Shown here: positions 28,599-40,169 of the stretch, in pieces
Layout of the letters: each line of letters begins with the position of its first letter
How positions within the stretch are numbered: position 1 is the first letter of the stretch
Source: Octopus sinensis
Lineage: Eukaryota
Reading direction: 5' to 3'
Length of the DNA stretch: 64,000 bases
Assembly (NCBI RefSeq): GCF_006345805.1
Contig: NC_043008.1
Span: 46,934,001-46,998,000 of the forward strand
Notes under the pieces: generated by a model
What the model saw: the letters and a program-made list of their open reading frames with translations, nothing else
Database searches by the model: none
Told to the model about the DNA's origin: nothing
Program-made: the position numbers and the translations under genes

Positions 28599-30747
28599 AT
28601 AGTAACGTGGCTACTTTAATATATTGCGATCCAACTTTCTAAAATAATTAAATATATTTCGTATAGAGTGTCATCTGATACACTATTTTAATGTTAAGTA
28701 ATGATTTTTTTTAGATTCTAATGGAATTCCAGACAACCTATTCTGTCTTTGATACATGGGAGTTATCTAATAACAATTCCCTGGACATGTTCAGGTTTTT
28801 AATATCGATTGTTCATTCTCCAAGGTCTTTTCTGTTATCCTTTGCATCTGCACTGTCAGGGGCATTACGCAGAGTAATTATAATTCTTTTGATTTACGAA
28901 TGTCAGTAAATGAATTGTGACACAATTCCTTTATAGTTCAGCATTTCGTTATTTCCTAGTAGCATACATGTATGTGTGTGTATATGTGTGAGCTTCTGAG
29001 GTCGTCTTGGCAGAGACATTGAAGATTCTGTCAATATTTTTCCATGTAAAAATAGAATTAATGAACATACATTCTACTAAAATGTATTCAGTTATACTTC
29101 CGTTTAATATTAGATTGTTACAAGTATGACTTCACATAGAAATCAAGCATATATGTGCGTATTTGACTTATATGGTTTGTATGTCCATTGATGCATGTTT
29201 TATGGCTGAATGGAAATATCTATTTTGTGTATACTACAAATAATCTGATAAGCATAAGTCATAAGAGACGAATAATAAATTATTCATGACTACAATTTGT
29301 TTTAATATTTTATTGAGAACTGCCACAGTGGCATCCGATCCCCTTTTCAAGTTTTCCTAGATTAACCGAAGAAATGGTGGACGCAATCACAGGGAATGGT
29401 GTTTTTGGTGCAATCCTTGCAAAAGATAAGTTGTTTGCCTTTGATTAACTGCTTAGTCAACGAGAGAAATGGAAGGTCTCTACCTCTTTTTAATTTAAGG
29501 GGAATCCCAGTGGGTAGCAGGAAGGGAGGTATTTATTCTCAAACAAGACATCTGAACAGAATGCTAGCAATAAGATGAAATGTTGTAAAGAGATATCTAA
29601 AATCTGAGGATAATACTATATGGGGTAGGCGTGCGAGTGATTCAGCTACACGAGAGTTTTCATAACACATAGACACGTGACATTTCATACGACTCAGTAT
29701 ATATATATCGTTAATCTACAGCCCTACAAATTAAATGCATCAACTCCTAACAAAGAAGAATATCAGTTTTAAAATTCGTTGGAGCTGGACCAAAAACCGC
29801 AAGATATTTTTCCTCCTACGCTGTAACCAACACTGAAGCAATCTGTTGCCTCTTTTACTCGGTTTAAAGAACCCATGACCCAGGCAGTGATCTGAAATAT
29901 ATATGTGAATCTATTGATGTATACATTCTTTGTTCTTATAATCTGTGTATGTTTATATCAACGTGTGAGTAGGCGAGCAGATAAAGAGGAATTTCTAAAA
30001 CTTCATAATGTGTTTGTATATTGTAGATACAGAGTTACGTAAAGACTTATCGTCTACATTCAACAGAAAGCTCCAGAGAAGTATAAACAAAATATGACGA
30101 GAAAAATATAAAGAAACCGATCAAGTGAAGAAGAGGAGAAAGCCATTTCATATCAATATGGCTGTATACAAACACACGCAAACAACACACACAAGCACAC
30201 ATATACATACATACATTATATAAATATATATATATATATGATATATATCTAATACATATAAAATATACGATACATATATATATATATATATATATATACA
30301 TACAGGCATACATATATACCCTCACATCCACACACTTCACATATATTTGTACACCTTCCTATTTTCTTGTTGTTTAGAAAAGAAAGAATAAAATAGTGAT
30401 TACATGAACGAAGCCATAGTCTACCGAGTAGACTACGGTTGCTCTCCTTTGAAAATTAGCTGTGTCTTCTTGTGAAATCGATATCTATATTTTGAATCGA
30501 GTTTACAAATAGAACCGTTTTCTGCTTCTAGTATTCAGTGACGATCTGGTGTTAATGTCATTTCCAATAAGCTACGCTGCAATGTGGACGACTTCTAGCA
30601 GAAGATTGTGCCGATTCGTCATACAAATGCCAACAAGTTATCTCGGAATACGCTTCCCTAAACGGAGCCCTTAAAAACATCTTTGGGTGTGGCGACGACA
30701 ATTCAATTTGCCTTAACATCGTAACATTATATATATATACATATATA

Positions 30748-30910
30748 CGACAGGCTTCTTTCAGTTTCCGTCTACCAAATCCACTCACAAGGCATTGGTC
30801 GGCCTGGGGCTATAGCAGAAGACACTTGCCCAAGATGCCACGCAGTGGGACTGAACCCGGAACCATGTGGTTGGTTAGCAAGCTACTTACCACACAGCCA
30901 CTCCTGCGCC
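30748..30910 (-). mobile_element. tRNA-derived SINE (family 2) within a TA tract
   Basis: A box TGGCTGTGTGG, B box GGTTCAGTCCC; (TA)n on both sides. Confidence 0.9.
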
Positions 30911-30979
<69 letters not shown>

Positions 30980-31266
30980 AATAATTAATTAATAAGGGTG
31001 AGAGAATTAGATACTAATTTAATAGTATATTTATTCAACACCAAGTGGCCTAGTGCTACGAGAAACCTGGATTATTATAATATTTTATAACATATTACAA
31101 TATTTTTACAAAATAAATATAAGAGAGTGGTCACTATATTGCTCACTCTAGCACCAGTTAATCCAAAAGGTTTCAACCACGAAAATACATGTTTCCCATG
31201 AAAGTCAGTACGACTGTTAGCTCACACGGACAGGGCAAATAAAAAATAACAAAAATACAGATTATT

Positions 31267-31343
31267 TTGGGACAATTGTTTCGCTATTAATGAATTAAAT
31301 GTAATATTACTTACAAAAAATCCATTTGTAGCTCGTCAGCCAA
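31267..31343 (-). ncRNA. Hammerhead ribozyme (type I minimal), intact core
   Basis: Exact reverse complement of 31385-31461. Confidence 0.85.
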
Positions 31344-31384
31344 GACTATCTGGGTGAAATCCAGTGGATTTCACCCAGATAGTC

Positions 31385-31461
31385 TTGGCTGACGAGCTAC
31401 AAATGGATTTTTTGTAAGTAATATTACATTTAATTCATTAATAGCGAAACAATTGTCCCAA
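31385..31461 (+). ncRNA. Hammerhead ribozyme (type I minimal), intact core
   Basis: UUGG-CUGACGA-GCUA[42 nt]UAGC-GAAAC-AAUU-GUC-CCAA: all conserved nucleotides, stems I and II pair, palindromic helix III ACAAUUGU; predicted cut 31457/31458. Confidence 0.85.
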
Positions 31462-31614
31462 AATAATCTGTATTTTTGTTATTTTTTATTTGCCCTGTCC
31501 GTGTGAGCTAACAGTCGTACTGACTTTCATGGGAAACATGTATTTTCGTGGTTGAAACCTTTTGGATTAACTGGTGCTAGAGTGAGCAATAAGTGACCAC
31601 TCTCTTATATTTAT

Positions 31615-31663
31615 ATATGTATATTATATATATATATATATATACATATATATATCTATATAC

Positions 31664-31696
<33 letters not shown>

Positions 31697-32023
31697 CATA
31701 TATATTATATATACATATATATATATTATATACATATATATATATATATATATACATATTATATATATACACATATATATATATACACATATATATATAT
31801 ATAACATATATATATACATACACATATATTATATATATAATATATATATATATATAATATACATATATATATATATACATATATACATATATATATACAT
31901 ATATATATATATATACATATATACATACATATATATATATATATATACATATATATATACATATATATATATATACATATATACATATATATACATATAT
32001 ATATACATATATATATATACATA
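31615..32023. repeat. TA array
   Basis: Direct inspection. Confidence 0.95.
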
Positions 32024-35000
32024 TTGATTGATTGATTGATTGATTCTAGTTTCAGCTTATGAGCTGTGGCCATGCTGGGGCACCGCCATTTGGTGTTGCT
32101 ACTTGGTTTCACTTCATGGAGGCATTCTAGCAACTGCTATTTGGTGCATGAGAGAGTTCGATGCAGCTGCCCTCATCTGCCCCTCCTGCCGTGAAGTTGG
32201 TTCATCTGGGACACCTGACAGGAAGAGATCCAGCTTCATTTTAAAGACATCTGTATCCACCCCATGCAGGTCTCTCAGGTTCTTCGGGAGGATATTGAAG
32301 AGCTGTGGCCTCGGAACCCAGGCTATCACAGAATCTTGTCCTACATCTTGATGGCAGGTTTGGAGTCCTAGGCACCACGCAGTGGCGCCCAGTTCTGGCA
32401 TTTGCGTAACTCTCGATGCCAAAGTTCAGGACACTTCCCTCCGGGATCTTCCAGATGTATATTATGGCATATCTTTCCCGCCTACGCTCCAGGGAATATA
32501 ATTTTAATCTCTTGAGTCTTTCCCAGTAGCTTACATTCTGCATAGAGGCTATCTTCTTTGTGTAGCTTCGTTGGATCGCCTCAAGTTCTGTGATCAACTT
32601 GACACTGGATGGTGGCCATAGCTGAGAGCAATAGTCAAAGTGGCTTAGGACAAGTGTCTTCCAGAGGACCATCATGGTTTCTTGTTCTCTTGTTCTAAAG
32701 GTTCCTAGAATCCATCCAGCCAGCCGTCTGCATTTCATTGTCAGTTTAGCAACATGTACATGAAAGGTCGCGTCATCACTCATGTGAATACCCAGGTCAC
32801 GCACTGATTGTGCCTCTGGGATTGCAATCCCTCCGGGTCCAGTGTATTCATTGGGTATTGCATTCAGTTTTGCATGCTGATAGTAAAAAGGTTGAAACTT
32901 TCCAGCATTGAACTGCATGCTATTCTTTTCAGCCCACTTGTATATTTCGTCCAGCTCACATTGCAGGTGTTTAGTGTCCTCAGGGTTCTGTATTGCCTGT
33001 GAAACTTTTGTATCATCTGCATAAGTTGTGATCGTGGCTCTCTGCGTGACTGAGGGCATGTCTGAGAGGGCCATTATGAACAGTAGTGGTCCCAGAACAG
33101 TGCCCTGCGGAACACCGCTCACTATTTGTGTGTTAATGGAGGTGGCCCCATTGGCTACTACCACCTGACTTCTATCCTTCAGAAAGTCATGAAGCCATTC
33201 TCCCAGTTTTCCAACTATGTTGAGATCACGCAGTTTGTGACATATCATTCCATGATCGACTTTATCAAAGGCCTTTGCAAAGTCGAGATATATCACTTCC
33301 ACATTTGAGTGGTTGAGCAGCCGTTTCAGCACCCAGTCATAGTGTTGTAGGAGCTGAGTTAAACAGCTTCTCCCTGGTCGGAAACCATGTTGGGTGTCGG
33401 GCAGCAAGTCATTCTCTTCAAGGAAGGTGATCAGCGTCCTTCTGACTATTCGTTCCATGACCTTGCTGATGTGTGAGGTCAGAGAGATAGGTCTATAGTT
33501 CTTGGCTTCCGCTCTGCTACCTCCTTTATGAATGGGGCATATTTTACCTTCCTTCAGTTTTCCTGGAAGTTTGCCAGCTGCAAGGAAGCTCTGAAAGAGG
33601 AACTGCAGTGGTCTTGCTAGTACTCTCTTACATGCTTTTAGGAGGATTGCCGGGAATCCATCGGGGCCAGTAGCTGAGTCTGTTTTCATTTCATCAATAG
33701 CCTTGGTTACATCGTCTTCCTTTATATCGATGTAATCTATCGTCGCCGCCTCTGATTTTATATCTGCAGTGGTAAAAAAGTCAGTTGGATTGGTGATTTG
33801 GAGATGCCCAAGGGGTGGAGTGAAAACACTCTTGAATTGCTCATTCAGAATGTCACTTACCCTCATTGGTTTTCCTGTAAGTGTGCCATCCTTTTCGAGG
33901 AGTGGCCCTATTCTACAGTGCACTGTAGCTGTTTCTTTGGCATACCTGTAGAAAGCTCTGGGGTTAGATTTTATGTTTTCTATAGCCCAGGCTTCTTTGT
34001 CTGCTCTTTCTTTTTCATGGGAGAGTTGCAGACATTTTTCGATTTCCAACAGTTTTATTTTTAGGCGGGACTTTTCACTGCTTTCAATCTGTTTGTTTAG
34101 GCGATTTGAAAATTTCGTACGCCGTCTCATTAAGATTTTCCTCTCTCTGGGGATTTTGTTCTTGTGTACAGTGGCCTTTCTCTCTGGGACACATTTGTAG
34201 CATATGGCTTGCATTACAGACATGAATTGTTGAAGTTTCACGTCGATGTCTGGCGAGGAGAGACATTTAGGCCAGTTTTGTTTGAGGATCTCATTCTCAA
34301 TTTGTTTCCAGTTTGCCTTATGGTAGTTCAAGCTGGGAAGATTCTGAGGGTTTCTTGTAGGCTGCATGTCCGTGCTCTCTTTTGGCCCGTACATGGTCAG
34401 CTCTATCATGTTGTGATCCGAGAGTAGTGTCGGTGTCACTTTCACATTATGGATGAGATCCATGTCATTTGTGAAGCAGAGATCCAGTGTGTTACCTGCC
34501 CTGGTTGGTTGGAGTATTACCTGCTCCATGTACAGGGTGTTGATGAGGTTCAGGAGGGACCTCGCCTGTCCTCGTTCACATCTTGTCATTCCTGGGAGAG
34601 AAAGGCCCTCGGGCCATCTGACATTGGGCAGATTGAAGTCTCCCATAAGAAGCACACCTATGTGTTGTTCTAATGTGGTTAGAATTTCTTCTATTTTTAT
34701 AAGGCAGTCTTCAAACTTGCCCACATGGCTTGGGGCATCTGGAGGGCGATATGTAGCACACACAACTACATCAAGTTGCTTAATATGTACAATTAGTGTG
34801 TCACACACCGAGTTTGAGTATGACAAGAGGACCTGGGGTGTGAGGTCCTCACGGATGTACATAGCAACACCTCCATGACTCCTTTCTTTCCTGTCTGTCC
34901 GTAGTACAGCATACTGTGGTATGTGTAACTCCGCATCTGCTATGTCTGGTTTCAGGTGCGTTTCTGTAAGTGCTATGCATATGGCTTGATTGCATGCAAC

Positions 35001-35065
35001 AAAGTCTCTCAGGAACGGGATCTTTGTCCTGTTACTGAGTGTTTGCAGTCCTCTGATGTTCAGTA
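32024..35065 (-). mobile_element. CR1-group LINE, family A, complete ORF2 region
   Basis: 3' UTR hairpin plus (AATC)n tail; TA arrays on both sides. Confidence 0.95.
32114..35065 (-). CDS. LINE ORF2: APE endonuclease + reverse transcriptase (frameshift near 32310)
   Basis: APE motifs LNIRGL, LTETHL, YRPP, MGDFNLP, TLDL, SDH; RT motifs [33 protein letters not shown]. The first ~17 aa of the listed ORF are TA-derived; the true C-terminus lies in ORF 32114-32422. Confidence 0.92.
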
Positions 35066-35165
35066 TATATATACATATATACATACATATATATATATAC
35101 ATATATATATACACATATATCTATACATATATATATACACATATATATATACATATATTATATAC

Positions 35166-35196
<31 letters not shown>

Positions 35197-35219
35197 CTAT
35201 ATATATATATATACATAAC

Positions 35220-35260
<41 letters not shown>

Positions 35261-36086
35261 ATATATATACATATATATATATATAACATATATATATACA
35301 CATATATATATATATTATATATATATACATATACATATATATATACATATATATATAATATACATATATACATAATATATATACATATATATATATACAT
35401 ATATACATATATACATATATTATATATATATATATATATATAATATATATATATATAATATATACATATATATTATATATACATATATATATATATATAT
35501 ATCATATATACATATATATACATACATATATATATATATATACATATATATGTACATATATATACATATATATATACATATATACATACATATATGTATA
35601 TATATATGTATATATGTATACATATATACATATATATATATACATACATATATATATATATACATATATACATATATATATACATACATATATATATATA
35701 TATACATATATATACATATATACATATAATACATATATACATATATATATAACATATATACATGTATATATATATGTATATATGTATACATATATACATA
35801 TATATATATACATATATACATATAATATATACATATATACATATATATATATTACATATATATATATACATATATATATATATTATATATATATATATAC
35901 ATATATACATATCTATATATATATACATATATACATGTATATATATATATATATAATATATATATATATACATATTACATATATATATATATATACATTA
36001 TATATATATATACATATATATATATATACATATATACATGTATATATATATATACAATATACATATATATATACATATATATGTAC

Positions 36087-36119
<33 letters not shown>

Positions 36120-36240
36120 TTACATATATATATATATATACATATATATATACTATATATATATACATATATATATACATATATACATATATATATACAT
36201 ATATACATATATATTACATATATATATATATATTATATAC

Positions 36241-36313
<73 letters not shown>

Positions 36314-36354
36314 ATATATATATAATATACATATATATACATATATATATATAT

Positions 36355-36420
<66 letters not shown>

Positions 36421-36457
36421 ATAATATATACATATATATAATATATATATATATATA

Positions 36458-36488
<31 letters not shown>

Positions 36489-36505
36489 CATATAATACAT
36501 ATATA
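35066..36505. repeat. 1.4-kb TA array
   Basis: Direct inspection. Confidence 0.95.
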
Positions 36506-36538
36506 ATAAGAAATTTTATTGTGCCTATCTTTCCCCAG

Positions 36539-36672
36539 CCGTGAACATTACTCAGTTCGAATCTGTGATATATTGCAAAGTCTACAGCCCGAGATCTTCT
36601 ATCATTCCTCATAATAAACGCTCCCTTCTAAGTCTAGAAAATACTTCAAATTTAACATTATATCTTGTTCAA
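36539..36672 (+). other. Candidate 134-bp internal exon (weak)
   Basis: Acceptor TATCTTTCCCCAG, donor CAA/GTAAGA, stop-free frame VNITQFESVIYCKVYSPRSS...; no recognised homology. Confidence 0.2.
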
Positions 36673-37619
36673 GTAAGATCCTGCTTTGATTAATTCTCAA
36701 AGATCAGTGACTCAATACTTTCTATTGTTATCGATTTTGCTGCTACTGCTGCTATTGTTGCTGCCGCTTCTCAGTATAAATGAGTACAAGACATACGTAG
36801 ATATTGCTTTCTCGCCAACGTATCTAGGGAGGGACGTTTTCTACCTCAAGCAAAAAGGGGTTTTAAGTTTACGATGGCCTACTCCAATAACTCGTGTATT
36901 TTTTTTTAGATTTCTAGGCGTGACCCCCCCCCCTTTTCATGCAATACATTTTGCCCTGTTTTATGTTTGCAACAGGAATGCCCTTTCGTCCCGTTTCTAT
37001 ATTGTATTTAGTAAAAATATCAATGTACAGAAGAACCAGTAATGCCATCGATTTTAATCTCGTGGCAGTTTCTGCAAAATTTATGGGCGTTAAATCTCCT
37101 CTGCCAGCCTCTTAAAAATATTACATCCATTGCTCGTTGACCGTTTAATAGTTTTCCTGAAGCTGCCATAGACACATACACACATTGCTAGAAATGCACA
37201 AACGTAGTGTCTGCCGCTTCAAACAAACGAACAAAAAAGAAGAGCTCTTATGCACTCAGGTAGGCACACACAAACAAACATGTTTTTAACCGTGCATTTT
37301 TCTCCGTATATGGCTGGAATCACATAAAAAAAGGGAAAGGAAAAATTACCTATATGCGGTCAGGTTTTTCGAGACGAGCAAGCAATAACTTCTATGCCGG
37401 CCATTGCACATAAAATTCCACAAGTGTCCATACCGACTTTATGAAGCAACAAAACAACTTCGTATCTTGTATCAGATTAAAATATTCCAAACTACGGAAT
37501 ATACGGCAAAGATAGAAAAATTGATAGCACAAGACGGCAAACGAAACACATTTAAATAATATCAATCATAAGCGGTGGCACCAATACATAAAACATGTAG
37601 CGAACTGTGTATAGTTATA

Positions 37620-37680
37620 TACTGTTATTCGTTTACTACTTTCTATCGGTGAGAATCGGCCATACTGGAGCACCACGTAT
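37620..37680 (-). mobile_element. SINE/LINE 3' end remnant
   Basis: rc GTGGTGCTCCAGTATGGCCG matches the LINE 3' motif GGTGCCCCAGCATGGCC. Confidence 0.5.
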
Positions 37681-37979
37681 AAAGAATTTTTTATTTGTAT
37701 CAGTAGGTATTTCCCGTTTTGATTTGTAAATAGTTGCACAACGTCTCTAACGAAAAGCAAGCAATGGGACAGGATTAGGCAGAAATACACAGTATACAGG
37801 AGAACGGTGTAGACCATACACATACACATATACCTATGTATATACAGATACCGTCCCGCACACACAATTTTATTATATGACTGAGGTTTTGCAAATCGAC
37901 GAATGATCGACTAGTAAAGTCTGCAAAATCACACTCAATAATATTATGAATTATTTCATTCTCTACATTCTTATGCCGG

Positions 37980-38032
37980 CAATTACAGGCCGATATCCTG
38001 CTTGCCGTTTATGTGGACATTATAAACTGGAA
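37980..38032 (+). mobile_element. 53-bp R4/Dong-like RT fragment
   Basis: NYRPISCLPFMWTL*TG; 50/53 identical to the rc of 39301-39353. Confidence 0.7.
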
Positions 38033-38137
38033 TAATTCTTATAATATTGGATTATTTAATTCTCTACTTTCTTTCATTAAAGTTCACAGATTTTGTTTTC
38101 AAGAAACACTATTTTAACAACTTCATATTTATATATA

Positions 38138-38180
<43 letters not shown>

Positions 38181-38319
38181 ATATACATATATATACATAT
38201 ATATAATTCATGTATGTACGAATGTATGTATGTATGGAATTTTGGATGCATGGATGGATGGATGGATACATATGCATATGTATGCATTGATACATGTATG
38301 CTGTACTCAAGAAGACCCG

Positions 38320-38510
38320 TTCACCACAGCAGAAATGATACCGATGCTAGTGCCATATAAAACGCATTCTGTGGGGCGGTTGGTGTTAGAAAGGGCATCC
38401 ATCCGTAGAGAGCATGCTAGAAGAGACAAAATAGCCTGGTGCGTCACTCGGCCTTACTAGGTCGGATCAAACTGTCCAGTCCATGCCACAATGGAAAACG
38501 AATGTTAAAC
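38320..38510 (+). mobile_element. SINE 3' half (family 3)
   Basis: GGTTGGTGTTAGAAAGGGCATCC...CCATGCCACAATGGAAAACGAATGTTAAAC, recalled as a common octopus repeat; single copy here. Confidence 0.5.
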
Positions 38511-38537
38511 ACACACACACACACACACACACATACA

Positions 38538-38621
<84 letters not shown>

Positions 38622-38783
38622 AATACAGATATTCTCTGTATAGAATACACTTCGTAGTGCTGAAGAGGAGTAATAGTAAGGATAAGCAAGTTAGGTAAGT
38701 CGATATAAAAAAATATTAAAAACATTTCATACAAAAAATCTATACATGTAAAAAAAGTCCGACTTAAACACACACACACACAT

Positions 38784-38831
<48 letters not shown>

Positions 38832-38835
<4 letters not shown>

Positions 38836-39035
38836 ATCCAAACATGAAAACACAAAGAGAAAACACAACAACGCGAGAACGTGAAACAGATATAGTATTA
38901 TTGGACGCTCAGGAAGGAAGGGAAGAAGGAGGATTTAACCTTTCAGGCGAAGATCTTCGTCAGAAACATACGAAAAGAAAAGATTCAAGGAAGGGGAGAC
39001 GGGGGGAAAAGTCGCCAGCGGTACACACGCGAACG
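38832..39035 (-). mobile_element. Short pLTR-like element with decayed hammerhead
   Basis: Abuts (TA)n; carries the motif at 38933-38967. Confidence 0.5.
38933..38967 (-). ncRNA. Decayed minimal hammerhead motif
   Basis: rc GUUU-CUGACGA-A-GAUC(UUC)GCCU-GAAAG-GUU-AAAU: CUGACGA and stem I kept, stem II broken, GAAAC changed to GAAAG. Confidence 0.45.
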
Positions 39036-39039
39036 AAAG

Positions 39040-39460
39040 GGAGATTCCAAGCAATCGCTCAGCATTCGATGCAATACCAAATAGGTTCATGATTCTATAA
39101 TCTAAGAATGTGGGATCATATCGCACGCATTACGATAATCCATGCAGGACATGGATAAGTTATTTTTCTTCCTCTCGCAGTCTCTGAGTACAATTTTGCC
39201 TACCAGGGGTTGCTACCTCTGTACTCACGCTTGCAACCCTTCTGTTCATGTAGAAGGACTCCATTTGTTTCCAGATATCCGCTCATTGACTCTGCGACCA
39301 TTCCAGTTTATAATGTCCACATTATCGGCAAGCAGGATATCGGCTTGTAATTGTCTACTGTATTGCCTTCTTCGATGTTTTTCAAGCACACGACTCTCCT
39401 ACCCATTGTCAACAACTCTGGTGTTACTTGGTCGGCATTTAGCAAAGTGTTGAGTTGTGC
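39040..39460 (-). mobile_element. R4/Dong-like RT fragment
   Basis: NYKPISCLP, HEQKGCKR, LSMSCMDYRNACDMIPHS; (TAA)-rich tract at the 5' side. Confidence 0.8.
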
Positions 39461-40169
39461 AGCTTATTATTGTTATTATTATTATTTTTCTTGTTGTTGC
39501 TGTTTTTCTAGTCGTTGTTTCAATAACTTTGGCTCCACATACATTTGGTTAACCTTGTTACTGCCACAAGGCAAATGTTTTGTAAATATTCTAACATTAA
39601 TAACTGTTGTATTTTTTTGTTTGGGGATAAAATATATTTTATTCCAATATTTTGGTTGGACCTTTTGTTTTGATTTTTCATTTTAACAACATGACGAAAA
39701 CCTCGATATACAAAACCATTTACAAATGCAACACACACAAATAGAAAATGATTATAGCTAAAAATACGAGCATTAAAGTTTATAATATTTCTGGTATTTC
39801 TGACAAAAAAGGATAGTTTATTTACCTATATCGACGTCAACTATAAGAAGTCAACGTTCTCCACACACACCCCAGTGCACCTTCAAGAAGTAGCAACCGG
39901 AAGAAATGACAATAGCGTAGGTCTCTTTGGGGACATGACTTTGACAGGCTTGGATTAAGAAAATCTTCATTTCTTTGCTCCAAAGTTTATACAAAAACAA
40001 TAGAATCACTTATGTCTCACGTACACTAAAACAGCTTCTTGTATATTCTCGAGGAAACTCCGTCAAAGACAACAGGAAACCTCTACATTCGGGATAATAT
40101 TTGTCCATTGAGCGTGGTTAAATATACGGCACTGTTAGCGTATTTTTGTGGCAAAGGACAAAGAGACAG

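Larger units (their letters stand above)
31005..31614. mobile_element. Penelope pLTR-like element with inverted partial duplicate
   Basis: The minus-strand copy 31005-31363 has an AATAAA near its 3' end; the plus-strand copy 31365-31614 is truncated into TA; hammerhead cores in both; no ORF. Confidence 0.6.
31113..31614. repeat. 502-bp palindrome (251/250-bp arms, 1-nt spacer at 31364)
   Basis: Arm-by-arm comparison gave identity except one 1-nt indel near 31137/31591; centre AAATCCA-G-TGGATTT. Confidence 0.97.
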
